Source of the DNA: a virus
Lineage: Duplodnaviria > Caudoviricetes
Length of the DNA stretch: 28,198 nt
IMG/VR virus record: IMGVR_UViG_3300035148_000122
Span: 1-28,198 of that record
Reading direction: 5' to 3' (one strand)
Below are positions 1 through 8,087 of this stretch, piece by piece. Made by a program: the position numbers and the translations under genes. The notes below the pieces were generated by a model. That model was given only the letters and a program-made list of their open reading frames with translations. It made no database searches and was not told where the DNA came from. Positions within the stretch are counted from its first letter, which is position 1, and each line of letters begins with the position of its first letter.

Positions 1-150
1 AATACTTTGTGGGCTGGTTACAACGTTGTAGTGGAGTACGCGGACTTCCGCCCCGGATCTGAACAGGCTGGAGCCTCCGCGCTCTTCGGCGAGCGCGCCA
101 AAGAAAAGAAGCGCGCGTTCGATTACGCCTACGCTTTAGTGAGGAAGTAA
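1..150 (+). CDS. 3' end of DUF932/DUF945-like phage protein (partial)
   Basis: Frame 1 reads NTLWAGYNVVVEYADFRPGSEQAGASALFGERAKEKKRAFDYAYALVRK*, resembling the TLWxxYNxxxEYxD...SxxFG C-terminus of the DUF932 family; not in the ORF track because truncated. Confidence 0.65.
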   Translation, partial: NTLWAGYNVVVEYADFRPGSEQAGASALFGERAKEKKRAFDYAYALVRK

Positions 151-152
151 AC

Positions 153-602
153 GTGAATATTATACTAGCTGAATCAAAAACTTATGGTGTGTTTCCAACT
201 ATAGTTGATGCAGAAGACTTATGGATACCGTTAGTTATGCCTGTAGGAGTATGGAGGTCGCGTAAAGGAGTGTTTTATCCTACGGTTAGTATTGGTTCAG
301 CTAGTATAACTTTGCATAAATTTTTAGTATATTGCCCTGAAAATTATGTAATTGACCACGTAAACAGAAATACCTTAGACTGTAGAAAACAAAATCTACG
401 GGTAACAACTTATAGCCAAAATCGCCTAAACGCAAAAATTCACGCCGACAATACTTCTACAGCAACAGGTGTGTACTCTAGCGGAAGTAAAACTAGTCCA
501 TGGGGTGTAAAAGTGGGCTCTAAGTATATAGGATCGTTTAAAACTTTAGGCGAAGCTATTAGCGCAAGAAATAAGGCTATAGTTGAGCTAAATTTAAAGT
601 AA
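153..602 (+). CDS. HNH homing endonuclease with C-terminal AP2-like DNA-binding domain
   Basis: LHKFL...IDHVNRNTLDCRKQNLR...N (HNH_3-like) followed by TGVY...W...YIGSFKTLGEAISARNKA (AP2-like); visibly more AT-rich than flanks. Confidence 0.85.
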   Translation: MNIILAESKTYGVFPTIVDAEDLWIPLVMPVGVWRSRKGVFYPTVSIGSASITLHKFLVYCPENYVIDHVNRNTLDCRKQNLRVTTYSQNRLNAKIHADNTSTATGVYSSGSKTSPWGVKVGSKYIGSFKTLGEAISARNKAIVELNLK

Positions 603-655
603 CGAAAGTCATACTAAATCCATTACAAAAGTAAGGGCCCTAATTTAGGCGCTAA

Positions 656-664
656 TGTTATAAT
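656..664 (+). promoter_or_regulatory. Extended -10 sigma70-type promoter (TGnTATAAT)
   Basis: TGTTATAAT in the 603-686 intergenic gap, upstream of AGGAG RBS and GTG 687; no consensus -35 seen; small inverted repeat CCTAA-T-TTAGG at 639-649. Confidence 0.6.
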
Positions 665-686
665 TCGTGTCCTAGGAGAATAAACC

Positions 687-1157
687 GTGACTGATACAGA
701 CCGCAAGTGCCGAAAATGTGGTGAAACAAAACCACTCACAGAATACCCCAAGAACAAGCACGCACCAGGTGGGATAGACAAGATGTGCAAACAATGCTGG
801 CGTAACCGTAAGTCTAAGTCCGCCGATCTGACCGGTTATAAGCCTGAAAAACCAGCCAAGGTCTACCGTCCCACCGTAGACGTGGATTCTCTCCTCAAAG
901 GTTTGCGTGTTCAGACTCTCAGCAAGTTCAATCAACTCCCCAAGGAAGAACCGATGTTCGAGTGCGAGCCGTACAATCTCGAGGAGAAGCTTGACTTCAT
1001 TCGTACGAAGAAGCTTGAGGTCAAGACCGTATACTCGATTACTAACAAACTGAAGATTACAAAGTTCTTCATTACCACCAAGGAGCAATCAAATGACAGC
1101 CAAAGTGTACTACGTAAAGAAAGCCCGAAAAAACAACCCCGCGGTAAAAAAGGGTAA
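687..1157 (+). CDS. Hypothetical protein with N-terminal CxxC...CxxC zinc ribbon
   Basis: KCRKCGETKPLTEY...MCKQC, like zinc ribbons at the N-terminus of phage HNH/EndoVII proteins, but no nuclease motif seen; AGGAG RBS. Confidence 0.65.
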   Translation: MTDTDRKCRKCGETKPLTEYPKNKHAPGGIDKMCKQCWRNRKSKSADLTGYKPEKPAKVYRPTVDVDSLLKGLRVQTLSKFNQLPKEEPMFECEPYNLEEKLDFIRTKKLEVKTVYSITNKLKITKFFITTKEQSNDSQSVLRKESPKKQPRGKKG

Positions 1158-1650
1158 CCCGTATTACTGGTGGAAGTTCCGCTTTGGACCTATCCACTAC
1201 TCTAAGGAACCACCTCGCCGGTCCCAACTTACTCAGTCCGCGTACTTTGCGTCGTTGTACGATATTGAGGACGCGATCGAGGAGATAGGCGCCTCTAGCA
1301 CAATAGAAGATCTGACGTCCACGTTAGACGCGATCATCAATGACATTGAGGACCTGAAGAGCACGACGGAGAACAGTTTAGACAACATACCTGACAACTT
1401 GAAGGACGCGCCAACTGGTACTTTGCTTCAAGAGCGCATAGACGCCTTACAGGACTGGATCGACGAGCTTGAGGGTGTGGACGTCGAGTTTGACGAGGAA
1501 GAGATGAAGCGCGAAGCCGAGGAAGAGGCAGACAAAGATGATAAGTTTTACGCCGATGAGGTGGCTTCAATTATTGAGCAAAAGAAACTTGAGCGGATGG
1601 AAGCCATCTGTGCAGAAATTCAAGGCGTAAGCCATAACGCGGAGATATAA
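1093..1650 (+). CDS. Hypothetical protein, basic/aromatic N-terminus and acidic coiled-coil C-terminus
   Basis: AAGGAG RBS before ATG 1093; 185 aa; stop abuts next start. Confidence 0.8.
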   Translation: MTAKVYYVKKARKNNPAVKKGNPYYWWKFRFGPIHYSKEPPRRSQLTQSAYFASLYDIEDAIEEIGASSTIEDLTSTLDAIINDIEDLKSTTENSLDNIPDNLKDAPTGTLLQERIDALQDWIDELEGVDVEFDEEEMKREAEEEADKDDKFYADEVASIIEQKKLERMEAICAEIQGVSHNAEI

Positions 1651-1651
1651 C

Positions 1652-2572
1652 ATGACTGTTATCATCATTGATGGCCCGGAGAAGACCGGGAAAACCACCA
1701 CAATACACACATTGTCGCGTATATTGAACAACTACGGGTATAAGACGGAGTATGTGCATTGGGGCATCGTGCGCTCGGATTCAGACTACTCTGTGAACCT
1801 CCGTGTACATACGGTCAACACCGACAAGATCTGGATCTGGGACCGAGGTTGGCCGTCAGAGTACGTGTACGGTAATCTGTTGAACAGGATGACACACCGT
1901 ATGACCCTCAACCCATGGATAGGTGCGTGGCTTCATGACCGGGCGGTCCAGGCAAACGGACTACGGTACATCTTGACTCCTATGAACGAGAAGCAAGTTC
2001 AACGGCGCCGTGACAAGACTGATCTGGCCGTGGACGTAGCAAAAGAACGCGAGTTATATGAGACTTACGGCCGTCGGTTCGGGTGGGATATCCACCGTAT
2101 CGACCACTCAGAAGCCACACAATTGGTGTTTACAGCGAAAGTAATGATGCACCTTGACAGAGCTAAGCGTAATTTTATCAACCCTGAAATTATCTGTGGT
2201 AAGGTGGATTCTCCCGTCCTGATTATGGGATCGGAAAAGTCCCAGCAAACAATTGATGGTGGATGGATGGCGTTCACATCGCGAATGACCACCATGTTTG
2301 GTCAGGACATAGGTGATGACGCCATGAAGGTGGCTTGGTCTAACGTTTCAGAGGTACCACCCGCGCAACTGAAAAATCGTAAAGCAATTATATTGTGTGG
2401 GACTTCTGCGAAGGTACAGTTTGAGTTCATGCGAAAGGAGGTGAGCGCCGATACGGAAGTAATTGAAATACCACACCCGTCCTACCTTTTCCGGTTCAAT
2501 TCAGAGAAGGTCAACGTGGACCGTGGCAACACGTTGTCGTTAGTCAAATCTATTATAAAGGAGTACTGCTAA
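1652..2572 (+). CDS. Thymidylate-kinase-like P-loop dNMP kinase fused to a uracil-DNA-glycosylase-superfamily domain
   Basis: IIIDGPEKTGKTT (Walker A) and WDRGWPSEYVYG (TMPK DR motif); C-terminal VLIMGSEK...AF...WSN...IILCGTSA...IPHPSYLFR follows the family-4-like UDG motif order. Confidence 0.75.
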   Translation: MTVIIIDGPEKTGKTTTIHTLSRILNNYGYKTEYVHWGIVRSDSDYSVNLRVHTVNTDKIWIWDRGWPSEYVYGNLLNRMTHRMTLNPWIGAWLHDRAVQANGLRYILTPMNEKQVQRRRDKTDLAVDVAKERELYETYGRRFGWDIHRIDHSEATQLVFTAKVMMHLDRAKRNFINPEIICGKVDSPVLIMGSEKSQQTIDGGWMAFTSRMTTMFGQDIGDDAMKVAWSNVSEVPPAQLKNRKAIILCGTSAKVQFEFMRKEVSADTEVIEIPHPSYLFRFNSEKVNVDRGNTLSLVKSIIKEYC

Positions 2573-2573
2573 T

Positions 2574-3299
2574 ATGGTTGCTAAAAAGAAAGCACCGCCG
2601 GCTAAACCGGCAAAGAAGACCTTCGACGAAGCCGTCGAAGTAGAGGAAACTGGGATCGTCGTTGCTGGAGACGACTCCGCATCAGTGTCAACGATGACTT
2701 CCTACTCGGCCGTCCCCCAGCTCGATGCGTCAGATCTGTATATCCCGAAACTCCGCATCGGCCAGGGACTGTCCGCGGAAGTCGCGAATGGTGACGCGAA
2801 GTTGGGTGACTGGCTCTTGACCGGTCAAAGCCCGATGAAAACTTGCACAGTGGTTCCGTTGCTCATGACTCGTCGTCGTGAACTCCGTGACCGGGATGAA
2901 CGTGGTGTTATCTGTCGATCGGCTGACTCGGTCCACGGCGTTGGTGCCCCGGGCGGAGATTGTTCGACCTGCCCCATGAACCAGTGGACGCCGAACAAGA
3001 AGACCGGCAAGAACCAGGCGCCCCCATGTATCTTCATCTACTCTTACATGGTCTATGTGGTGGAAGCCAACGAACTGGCCGTGCTTGAATTCTACCGCAC
3101 CTCCATGGCGGCTGGCAAGTTGTTGAACACCATCATTTTGCAAAAGGGACTTGGTAACTTCGCGATCAAACTCGGTTCAACCAAGACAGAAGGTCCTAAG
3201 GGCACGTTCGCCTCTCCGTCCTTGGTCATCGCGAAAGTCGAACCCAAGGTACTCTCCGCCGCAAAGACCCGCGTCAGTGAAATGGGCTTCGGAGGCTAA
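2574..3299 (+). CDS. Putative ssDNA-binding/annealing replication protein
   Basis: DLYIPKLRIGQGLSAEV...AKLGDW motif common in phage replication modules; Cys cluster (C..CSTC..C); position among replication genes. Function is inferred. Confidence 0.5.
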   Translation: MVAKKKAPPAKPAKKTFDEAVEVEETGIVVAGDDSASVSTMTSYSAVPQLDASDLYIPKLRIGQGLSAEVANGDAKLGDWLLTGQSPMKTCTVVPLLMTRRRELRDRDERGVICRSADSVHGVGAPGGDCSTCPMNQWTPNKKTGKNQAPPCIFIYSYMVYVVEANELAVLEFYRTSMAAGKLLNTIILQKGLGNFAIKLGSTKTEGPKGTFASPSLVIAKVEPKVLSAAKTRVSEMGFGG

Positions 3300-3300
3300 G

Positions 3301-4107
3301 ATGACGTCTCACATGCAGGATTTTTACAAGGATGTTCTTCGCGAAGGTCGAAAAACCTCTCCTCGTGGACTCTCTGCAACTGCGAAACATGACACTTCAT
3401 TCTCATTCATTCCTGGTCAGGTGTGGACTCGGCCAGGAATGAACAAGGAGATAGGTTTTGTGGAGTTGCTCCAATGGATCGACGGTTCGTTCTCTATCAA
3501 GCCGTTCGAAAAGTACGCACCAAAAGCACGGCTGGACTTGTTCACCTACCAGTCAGCGTACGGACCGAGGACCAATGAGCAACTTGAGCGCGTGGTTGAA
3601 GAGCTCAACCGTGACCCAGACTCCAGGCGAGGTGTTGTTACCGTGATAAAACCGACCGACACAGCGGAAACAATGCCTTGCACATTATCCCTCCAGTTCC
3701 AAACAGTGAAAGTTGGAACATTACCTGTCCGAGGCCTGAAGGTGATAGTGACTATGCGTTCTTCCGATCTGATCTGGGGTTTGCCCACAGACGTAATCCA
3801 ATTTGGTGGTATCGCTCAGATGGTGGCTTCCATGACATCATCTATCCCCTACTTATGTACCATCAATGCGGGCAACTCCCACGTATACGATGACACCGCC
3901 TTGGTGCCACCCATTGAATTCAAACTTTCCGGTGCTTTTCAACTAGCACAACTGTATTCGTTTGAAAGTTATAAGGTGTGGGCTAAGGAGGCTTTACGCA
4001 TGGCCGTTGAAGGTATCAACAGGCCTTCCCAATCTTGTTGTTTTGAGGCATTCAAGAATGCTTCTGACGAACCACTGGAAACAGTGAGTAACCCAAATTC
4101 AAACTAA
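3301..4107 (+). CDS. Thymidylate synthase superfamily enzyme, probable dCMP (hydroxy)methylase-type
   Basis: DSRR, catalytic PC (MPCTLSLQF), MRSSDLIWGLPTD, NSHVY; Asp at the E. coli ThyA Asn177 position. Start at ATG 3301 (GGAGG RBS, 1 nt after the upstream stop). Confidence 0.85.
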   Translation: MTSHMQDFYKDVLREGRKTSPRGLSATAKHDTSFSFIPGQVWTRPGMNKEIGFVELLQWIDGSFSIKPFEKYAPKARLDLFTYQSAYGPRTNEQLERVVEELNRDPDSRRGVVTVIKPTDTAETMPCTLSLQFQTVKVGTLPVRGLKVIVTMRSSDLIWGLPTDVIQFGGIAQMVASMTSSIPYLCTINAGNSHVYDDTALVPPIEFKLSGAFQLAQLYSFESYKVWAKEALRMAVEGINRPSQSCCFEAFKNASDEPLETVSNPNSN

Positions 4108-4118
4108 GGAGAATTACA

Positions 4119-4466
4119 ATGGCTACGAAAAAACCCGCTACACCGAAAGAGAAGGAAATGTCCGCCGCCGCGATGGTATACCACGAGCGCAAGAACAAAG
4201 GCTTGTGCGTCCGCTGTGGTGAGAAGGCACTCAAAGGTCAGATCCTGTGCCAGACCCACAAGGACTACATGGCCGCTGCCGCGAAGAACCGCGCTAAGAA
4301 GGCCGAAGGCAACGTGAAGGTGGGTGGCAAATCCACCGGAAAGAAAGCGAAAGCCGCCCCCAAAGCGCCCGCTAAGAAGGCCAAGAAACAGAAGGCCTAC
4401 GAACAGATCGGTGCTAGCAAGCGTCCGATTAACGAGGAAACTCTCCTCGCGGACATCGCTGAATAA
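4119..4466 (+). CDS. Small basic Lys/Ala-rich protein with CxxC...CxxH zinc-binding motif, probable DNA-binding
   Basis: GLCVRCG...LCQTH then KKAKAAPKAPAKKAKK; AAGGAG RBS. Confidence 0.7.
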   Translation: MATKKPATPKEKEMSAAAMVYHERKNKGLCVRCGEKALKGQILCQTHKDYMAAAAKNRAKKAEGNVKVGGKSTGKKAKAAPKAPAKKAKKQKAYEQIGASKRPINEETLLADIAE

Positions 4467-4486
4467 TAGAAGCAACAACAGAGCAA

Positions 4487-4515
4487 TCCCGGGTGGACCA
4501 CAAATCCACCCGGGA
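4487..4515 (+). terminator. Intergenic 11-bp hairpin (attenuator or mRNA stabiliser)
   Basis: TCCCGGGTGGA-ccacaaa-TCCACCCGGGA; no U-tract on + strand, so termination is uncertain. Confidence 0.45.
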
Positions 4516-4532
4516 CTATAAAGGAAAACATC

Positions 4533-5369
4533 ATGGCTAAAAAGTTATTAGGAATACCACAAGAGCACCTTATCCACAAACGTGAAGGTCAGAATCTGTA
4601 CTTTGTGGCGGTCACAAAAGGTAATGCATTCAACTCGAATCTTACGGAACTGAACGCGTACGCTTCCGTGGATTCAGGTTACTTCTCGCATAACGACTGG
4701 ACGGCTCATGTCAATCGTTACGAGTTCTGCAACAAGATCATCGCCAAGTATCGCCCAAAGATCGTCTTCGACTCTGGACCGGGAGTCTTCAACATGGTCA
4801 ACTATCTGTGGAAGAACCGATCTGTGGAACACTTTGAGTACTACGCGGTGGACCTCCGCATGTCTCCAAAGTGGTTTGAAAAACTTCGCTGGAAAAAAGG
4901 CAACGTTCACGCCATCCAAGCGGACTTAGGTGTTGATGACCTCACCAAGATTATCCCACAGGCCGACCTGGTCATATCCACCGAGGTGTTCGAGCACATC
5001 GGGGGCGGGTTCCAAGGTGACTACATGAAGCAACTTTTCGATTTGACCGCTCCGGGTGGCTTGTGCATCTTCTCCACGCCCAACGCCGGTGTGTCCAAGT
5101 CCACCGCGGAAAACCACCTCGATGAGAACGGCAAGAGCCGTGAATGGGCGTATAAGGACAAACTCAAACTGTTCCGGCAGATCGGGTTTGAACTGGTGGC
5201 TTCGTATGGAACGTTCATACAAAAGCGCAAAATTCCCGAATCATTCTGGAACGAGAACATGTTAGCGGCTGAGGGATTTTTGTCTGGCGCTATGTTCTCC
5301 AACTTTGCGGCCGCCGGCTACCCTGAATTATCTAACAATAGCCTTCAACTTTTGCGGAGACCAAAATGA
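4533..5369 (+). CDS. Class I SAM-dependent methyltransferase (small-molecule/UbiG-like type)
   Basis: Motif I VFDSGPG, YYAVD, IQADL, ADLVISTEVFEHI, LTAPGGLCIFSTPN; no DPPY/NPPY or C5-MTase PC motif; ATGA overlap with polA. Confidence 0.85.
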   Translation: MAKKLLGIPQEHLIHKREGQNLYFVAVTKGNAFNSNLTELNAYASVDSGYFSHNDWTAHVNRYEFCNKIIAKYRPKIVFDSGPGVFNMVNYLWKNRSVEHFEYYAVDLRMSPKWFEKLRWKKGNVHAIQADLGVDDLTKIIPQADLVISTEVFEHIGGGFQGDYMKQLFDLTAPGGLCIFSTPNAGVSKSTAENHLDENGKSREWAYKDKLKLFRQIGFELVASYGTFIQKRKIPESFWNENMLAAEGFLSGAMFSNFAAAGYPELSNNSLQLLRRPK

Positions 5370-7114
5370 AACAAAAGCTAGCCAAAAAGCAAGGGCGACA
5401 GTTCGAGATAAACGGTCATCCTGTCATAATGGACCCGGCTGAGGCTATGCGTGGTTTATCCAAGGACTCGGTCATCGCCGTAGACCTTGAAACGACAGGG
5501 TTCTCGCCATGGCGGAACGATATTGCGCTCATGCAATTCTTCGGTCCAGAATCGGGAACTCTGTCCATCATCCAGATCAGGAACGGGGTAATACCCCGTC
5601 CGATCTTGGACTTCTTCAACGGCCGTCAACGTGAGTTCATCGTCCACAATGGGGTGGCATTCGACATCATGTTCCTCCACACCCATGAAATAAACTGGGC
5701 GAAGCATTTGTGGCATGATACTTTAGTGGGTGAGGCACTCATCACACCGGCCGGCAGGCGAGACGTAAGCAAGTCCTTGAAGGCATCCCTCAAGCGCCGG
5801 CTTGGCGTGGACATAAACAAAACGATCGAGCACGGCAATTGGGACAAGGAGCTCACGATAGAGCAGATCTCCTACGCCACCATAGACGTACTCCACCTGC
5901 CGGATTTAAGATCTGAACAGATTGCTAAGGCGCAAAAATCCGACGAGTTGGGCGCTTTGAAGATGGAGATGGAGTTAGTTCCTGTTGTGGCTCAAATGAC
6001 CATCAACGGCCTGCCACTACGACGCGACGTGTTAGAAAAGTACATCGTCCAACAGCACGAGTCGATCGCGGAATCCACCGCGTATTTGCAAAAGACTCTA
6101 GGCGACGTGAACATGAACTCGCCAAAGCAAGTCAAGGACGCGTTACAGGGGCTCGGTCTCCAGGTCGAAGGAACTTCAGTCGAGGTCCTGGTTCCCCTGT
6201 CCCAGATCCTGCCTGCCGGGAAGAAGCTCAATGTGGTGAACGCCATACTCAACTTCAAGCATGGGAACCAGCGTATAAAAATGTACAATGAGGCGTGGAT
6301 GGACCAGCATATAGTCAATAACTTCGTTCATCCAAGGTTCTGGCAGGTAGGAACTGATACCACACGATTTTCGTGTTCAGACCCTAACCTTCAGCAAGTT
6401 CCGAAGGACTCCAGGCAGATCATCGGCAACTTGCCTGGGTATAAGATCGTCAGCGCGGACTATTCACAGATCGAGGTAAGGATAGCCGCGTTCTACGCTA
6501 ATGACGAGGTCCTCGTTCAAGCATTAGAAAAGGAGGACGTCCATACCGCGATCGCCGCGGAGGTGTTCGGTGTCCCAGAGAATTCCGTGACCAAAGAGCA
6601 GAGAAAGCATGCAAAAGCACTTACGTTCACACTTTTATTTGGGGGTGGGGCTGGCACCTTGTACCAACACTCTAGGATGACGGGCGGTTCGATCTCGGAA
6701 GCGGACGCCAGAACAATGTCAAGTAAGTTCTTTGGCCGGTTCGACGGCCTGCGTAAAATGCGGGACAAGGCCTACAAGATGGCTGACAAGGATGGTCCGG
6801 CGATAATCCGTCTCCCAAACGGCACTAGGAGGATTTTGGTGGGGTACAACAAGAGGCACACCACCATCCTGAACAGTTTGGTGCAAGGGTCCGCCGCGGT
6901 CGGGTTGAAGTATGGACTTCTTGAGGCTCATAAGCAAGGTTTGAGTAAGTGGATCGGCGGAACGGTCCATGACGAAATTATTGCCGCCGTACCTAACAAG
7001 GAGGCGAAGACCTTCGCTAAAGAACTTGAACAGGCGATGGTTACAGGAATGCAGAACGTAATCGACACCACCGTCCGGGTGGAATCTAAGATCGGTTCCG
7101 TGTGGCAAGCATAA
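5366..7114 (+). CDS. polA: Family A DNA polymerase with 3'-5' exonuclease, no 5'-3' exonuclease
   Basis: Exo I DLETTG, Exo II HNGVAFD, Exo III YATID; TTRFSCSDPNLQQVP; motif A ADYSQIEVR; motif B RKHAKALTF; motif C VHDEI. Confidence 0.95.
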   Translation: MKQKLAKKQGRQFEINGHPVIMDPAEAMRGLSKDSVIAVDLETTGFSPWRNDIALMQFFGPESGTLSIIQIRNGVIPRPILDFFNGRQREFIVHNGVAFDIMFLHTHEINWAKHLWHDTLVGEALITPAGRRDVSKSLKASLKRRLGVDINKTIEHGNWDKELTIEQISYATIDVLHLPDLRSEQIAKAQKSDELGALKMEMELVPVVAQMTINGLPLRRDVLEKYIVQQHESIAESTAYLQKTLGDVNMNSPKQVKDALQGLGLQVEGTSVEVLVPLSQILPAGKKLNVVNAILNFKHGNQRIKMYNEAWMDQHIVNNFVHPRFWQVGTDTTRFSCSDPNLQQVPKDSRQIIGNLPGYKIVSADYSQIEVRIAAFYANDEVLVQALEKEDVHTAIAAEVFGVPENSVTKEQRKHAKALTFTLLFGGGAGTLYQHSRMTGGSISEADARTMSSKFFGRFDGLRKMRDKAYKMADKDGPAIIRLPNGTRRILVGYNKRHTTILNSLVQGSAAVGLKYGLLEAHKQGLSKWIGGTVHDEIIAAVPNKEAKTFAKELEQAMVTGMQNVIDTTVRVESKIGSVWQA

Positions 7115-7124
7115 AGGAGATAAC

Positions 7125-7328
7125 ATGGACGAGACAAAATATCCAGATGTAAAGGTAAAGTTGGTAGGTGAGGATGGTAACGCCTTTGCTATACTTGGGC
7201 GGGTACGAGCAGCATTAAGACACGCTAAAGTATCGCAGGAAGAGATCGAAAAGTTTACTACTGAAGCCACGTCAGGTGACTACGACAACTTGTTAGCCAC
7301 GTGTATGAAATGGGTTGATGTGCTATGA
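7125..7328 (+). CDS. Small conserved hypothetical phage protein
   Basis: LVGEDGNAFAILGRVRAALR...SGDYDNLL motif; AAGGAG RBS. Confidence 0.8.
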   Translation: MDETKYPDVKVKLVGEDGNAFAILGRVRAALRHAKVSQEEIEKFTTEATSGDYDNLLATCMKWVDVL

Positions 7329-7822
7329 CCCCAGTACCTGACCAACAATCAGTAGAAGATCGAGAGCGCCGTATCCGTAGCGCAAAACTTTTGTTGAACA
7401 TGCTAGATGACCAAGAGCAATACGGTGAGCTTCTCAAAGAGTTATCCCAAGGGTTGAAGACCTTGTATTACATTCAACAAACTGTTTCTGGTTTGGTACC
7501 TGGAGCTTTACCTGAAGCTAACGAAACCCACGCATCACCCGACCAGATCCGGACCTACTTCCTTGCGTTGCAAGTGGAATGGGCTGAGTTATTACAAGAA
7601 CTCCCATGGAAGCCATGGAAGAATTTTAAGCACCCTGACCTTTCCAAGACCTCTGACGAATTCGCCGATGTCTTGGCCTTCTTAGGGGTGGCTTTGATTC
7701 TCCTGGATAGTTTTGGTATGTCCCCGCTCATTCTAGCTCGAGCGTACTTACACAAGACTGAGGTCAACATTGAACGGTTGACCGGGAGGACGAGTGGATA
7801 CGACAAACCAATTATCAAGTGA
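7325..7822 (+). CDS. All-alpha NTP pyrophosphatase (dimeric dUTPase / T4 gp56-like dCTPase)
   Basis: ALQVEWAELLQELPWKPWK...DEFADVLAF...YLHKTEVNIER: ExxE/ExxD metal ligands plus WKxWK motif. Confidence 0.85.
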   Translation: MTPVPDQQSVEDRERRIRSAKLLLNMLDDQEQYGELLKELSQGLKTLYYIQQTVSGLVPGALPEANETHASPDQIRTYFLALQVEWAELLQELPWKPWKNFKHPDLSKTSDEFADVLAFLGVALILLDSFGMSPLILARAYLHKTEVNIERLTGRTSGYDKPIIK

Positions 7823-8087
7823 CAAGGATATTCATGAGCATGCCGTAAGGGCTGCGGCCGAGGAGTTTATCGCTAGACGAGACTTCAAAAGGCACCCAGC
7901 CCATGAGGATGACGCAAAGGGTCGTATGACGGTGGCTTCATCTGAACTGCGTAAATGCTGCAACAAGTACAAGCGTCAAAGGCACGCGTTGAACATGCAC
8001 TGTAGAACGCTTGAGCATGTATGTAGCTTGTTCGACGTGGGCGAGGACGAGGTCACTAAAATCCTCATAGAATTGACCGGAGAATGA
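7794..8087 (+). CDS. Hypothetical protein, Cys/His-rich
   Basis: GGGAGG before GTG; HP...GR...CC...HCRTLEHV. Confidence 0.65.
   Translation: MDTTNQLSSDKDIHEHAVRAAAEEFIARRDFKRHPAHEDDAKGRMTVASSELRKCCNKYKRQRHALNMHCRTLEHVCSLFDVGEDEVTKILIELTGE

Noticed and set aside
3151-3300. N-terminal extension of the TS ORF given in the ORF track
   Set aside because: Overlaps the upstream gene by about 150 nt; ATG 3301 has a GGAGG RBS directly after the upstream stop.
5366-7822. Z-genome (2-aminoadenine) or 7-deazaguanine pathway
   Set aside because: No PurZ, DatZ, Que or DpdA-like genes in the window; the TS Asp points to cytosine.
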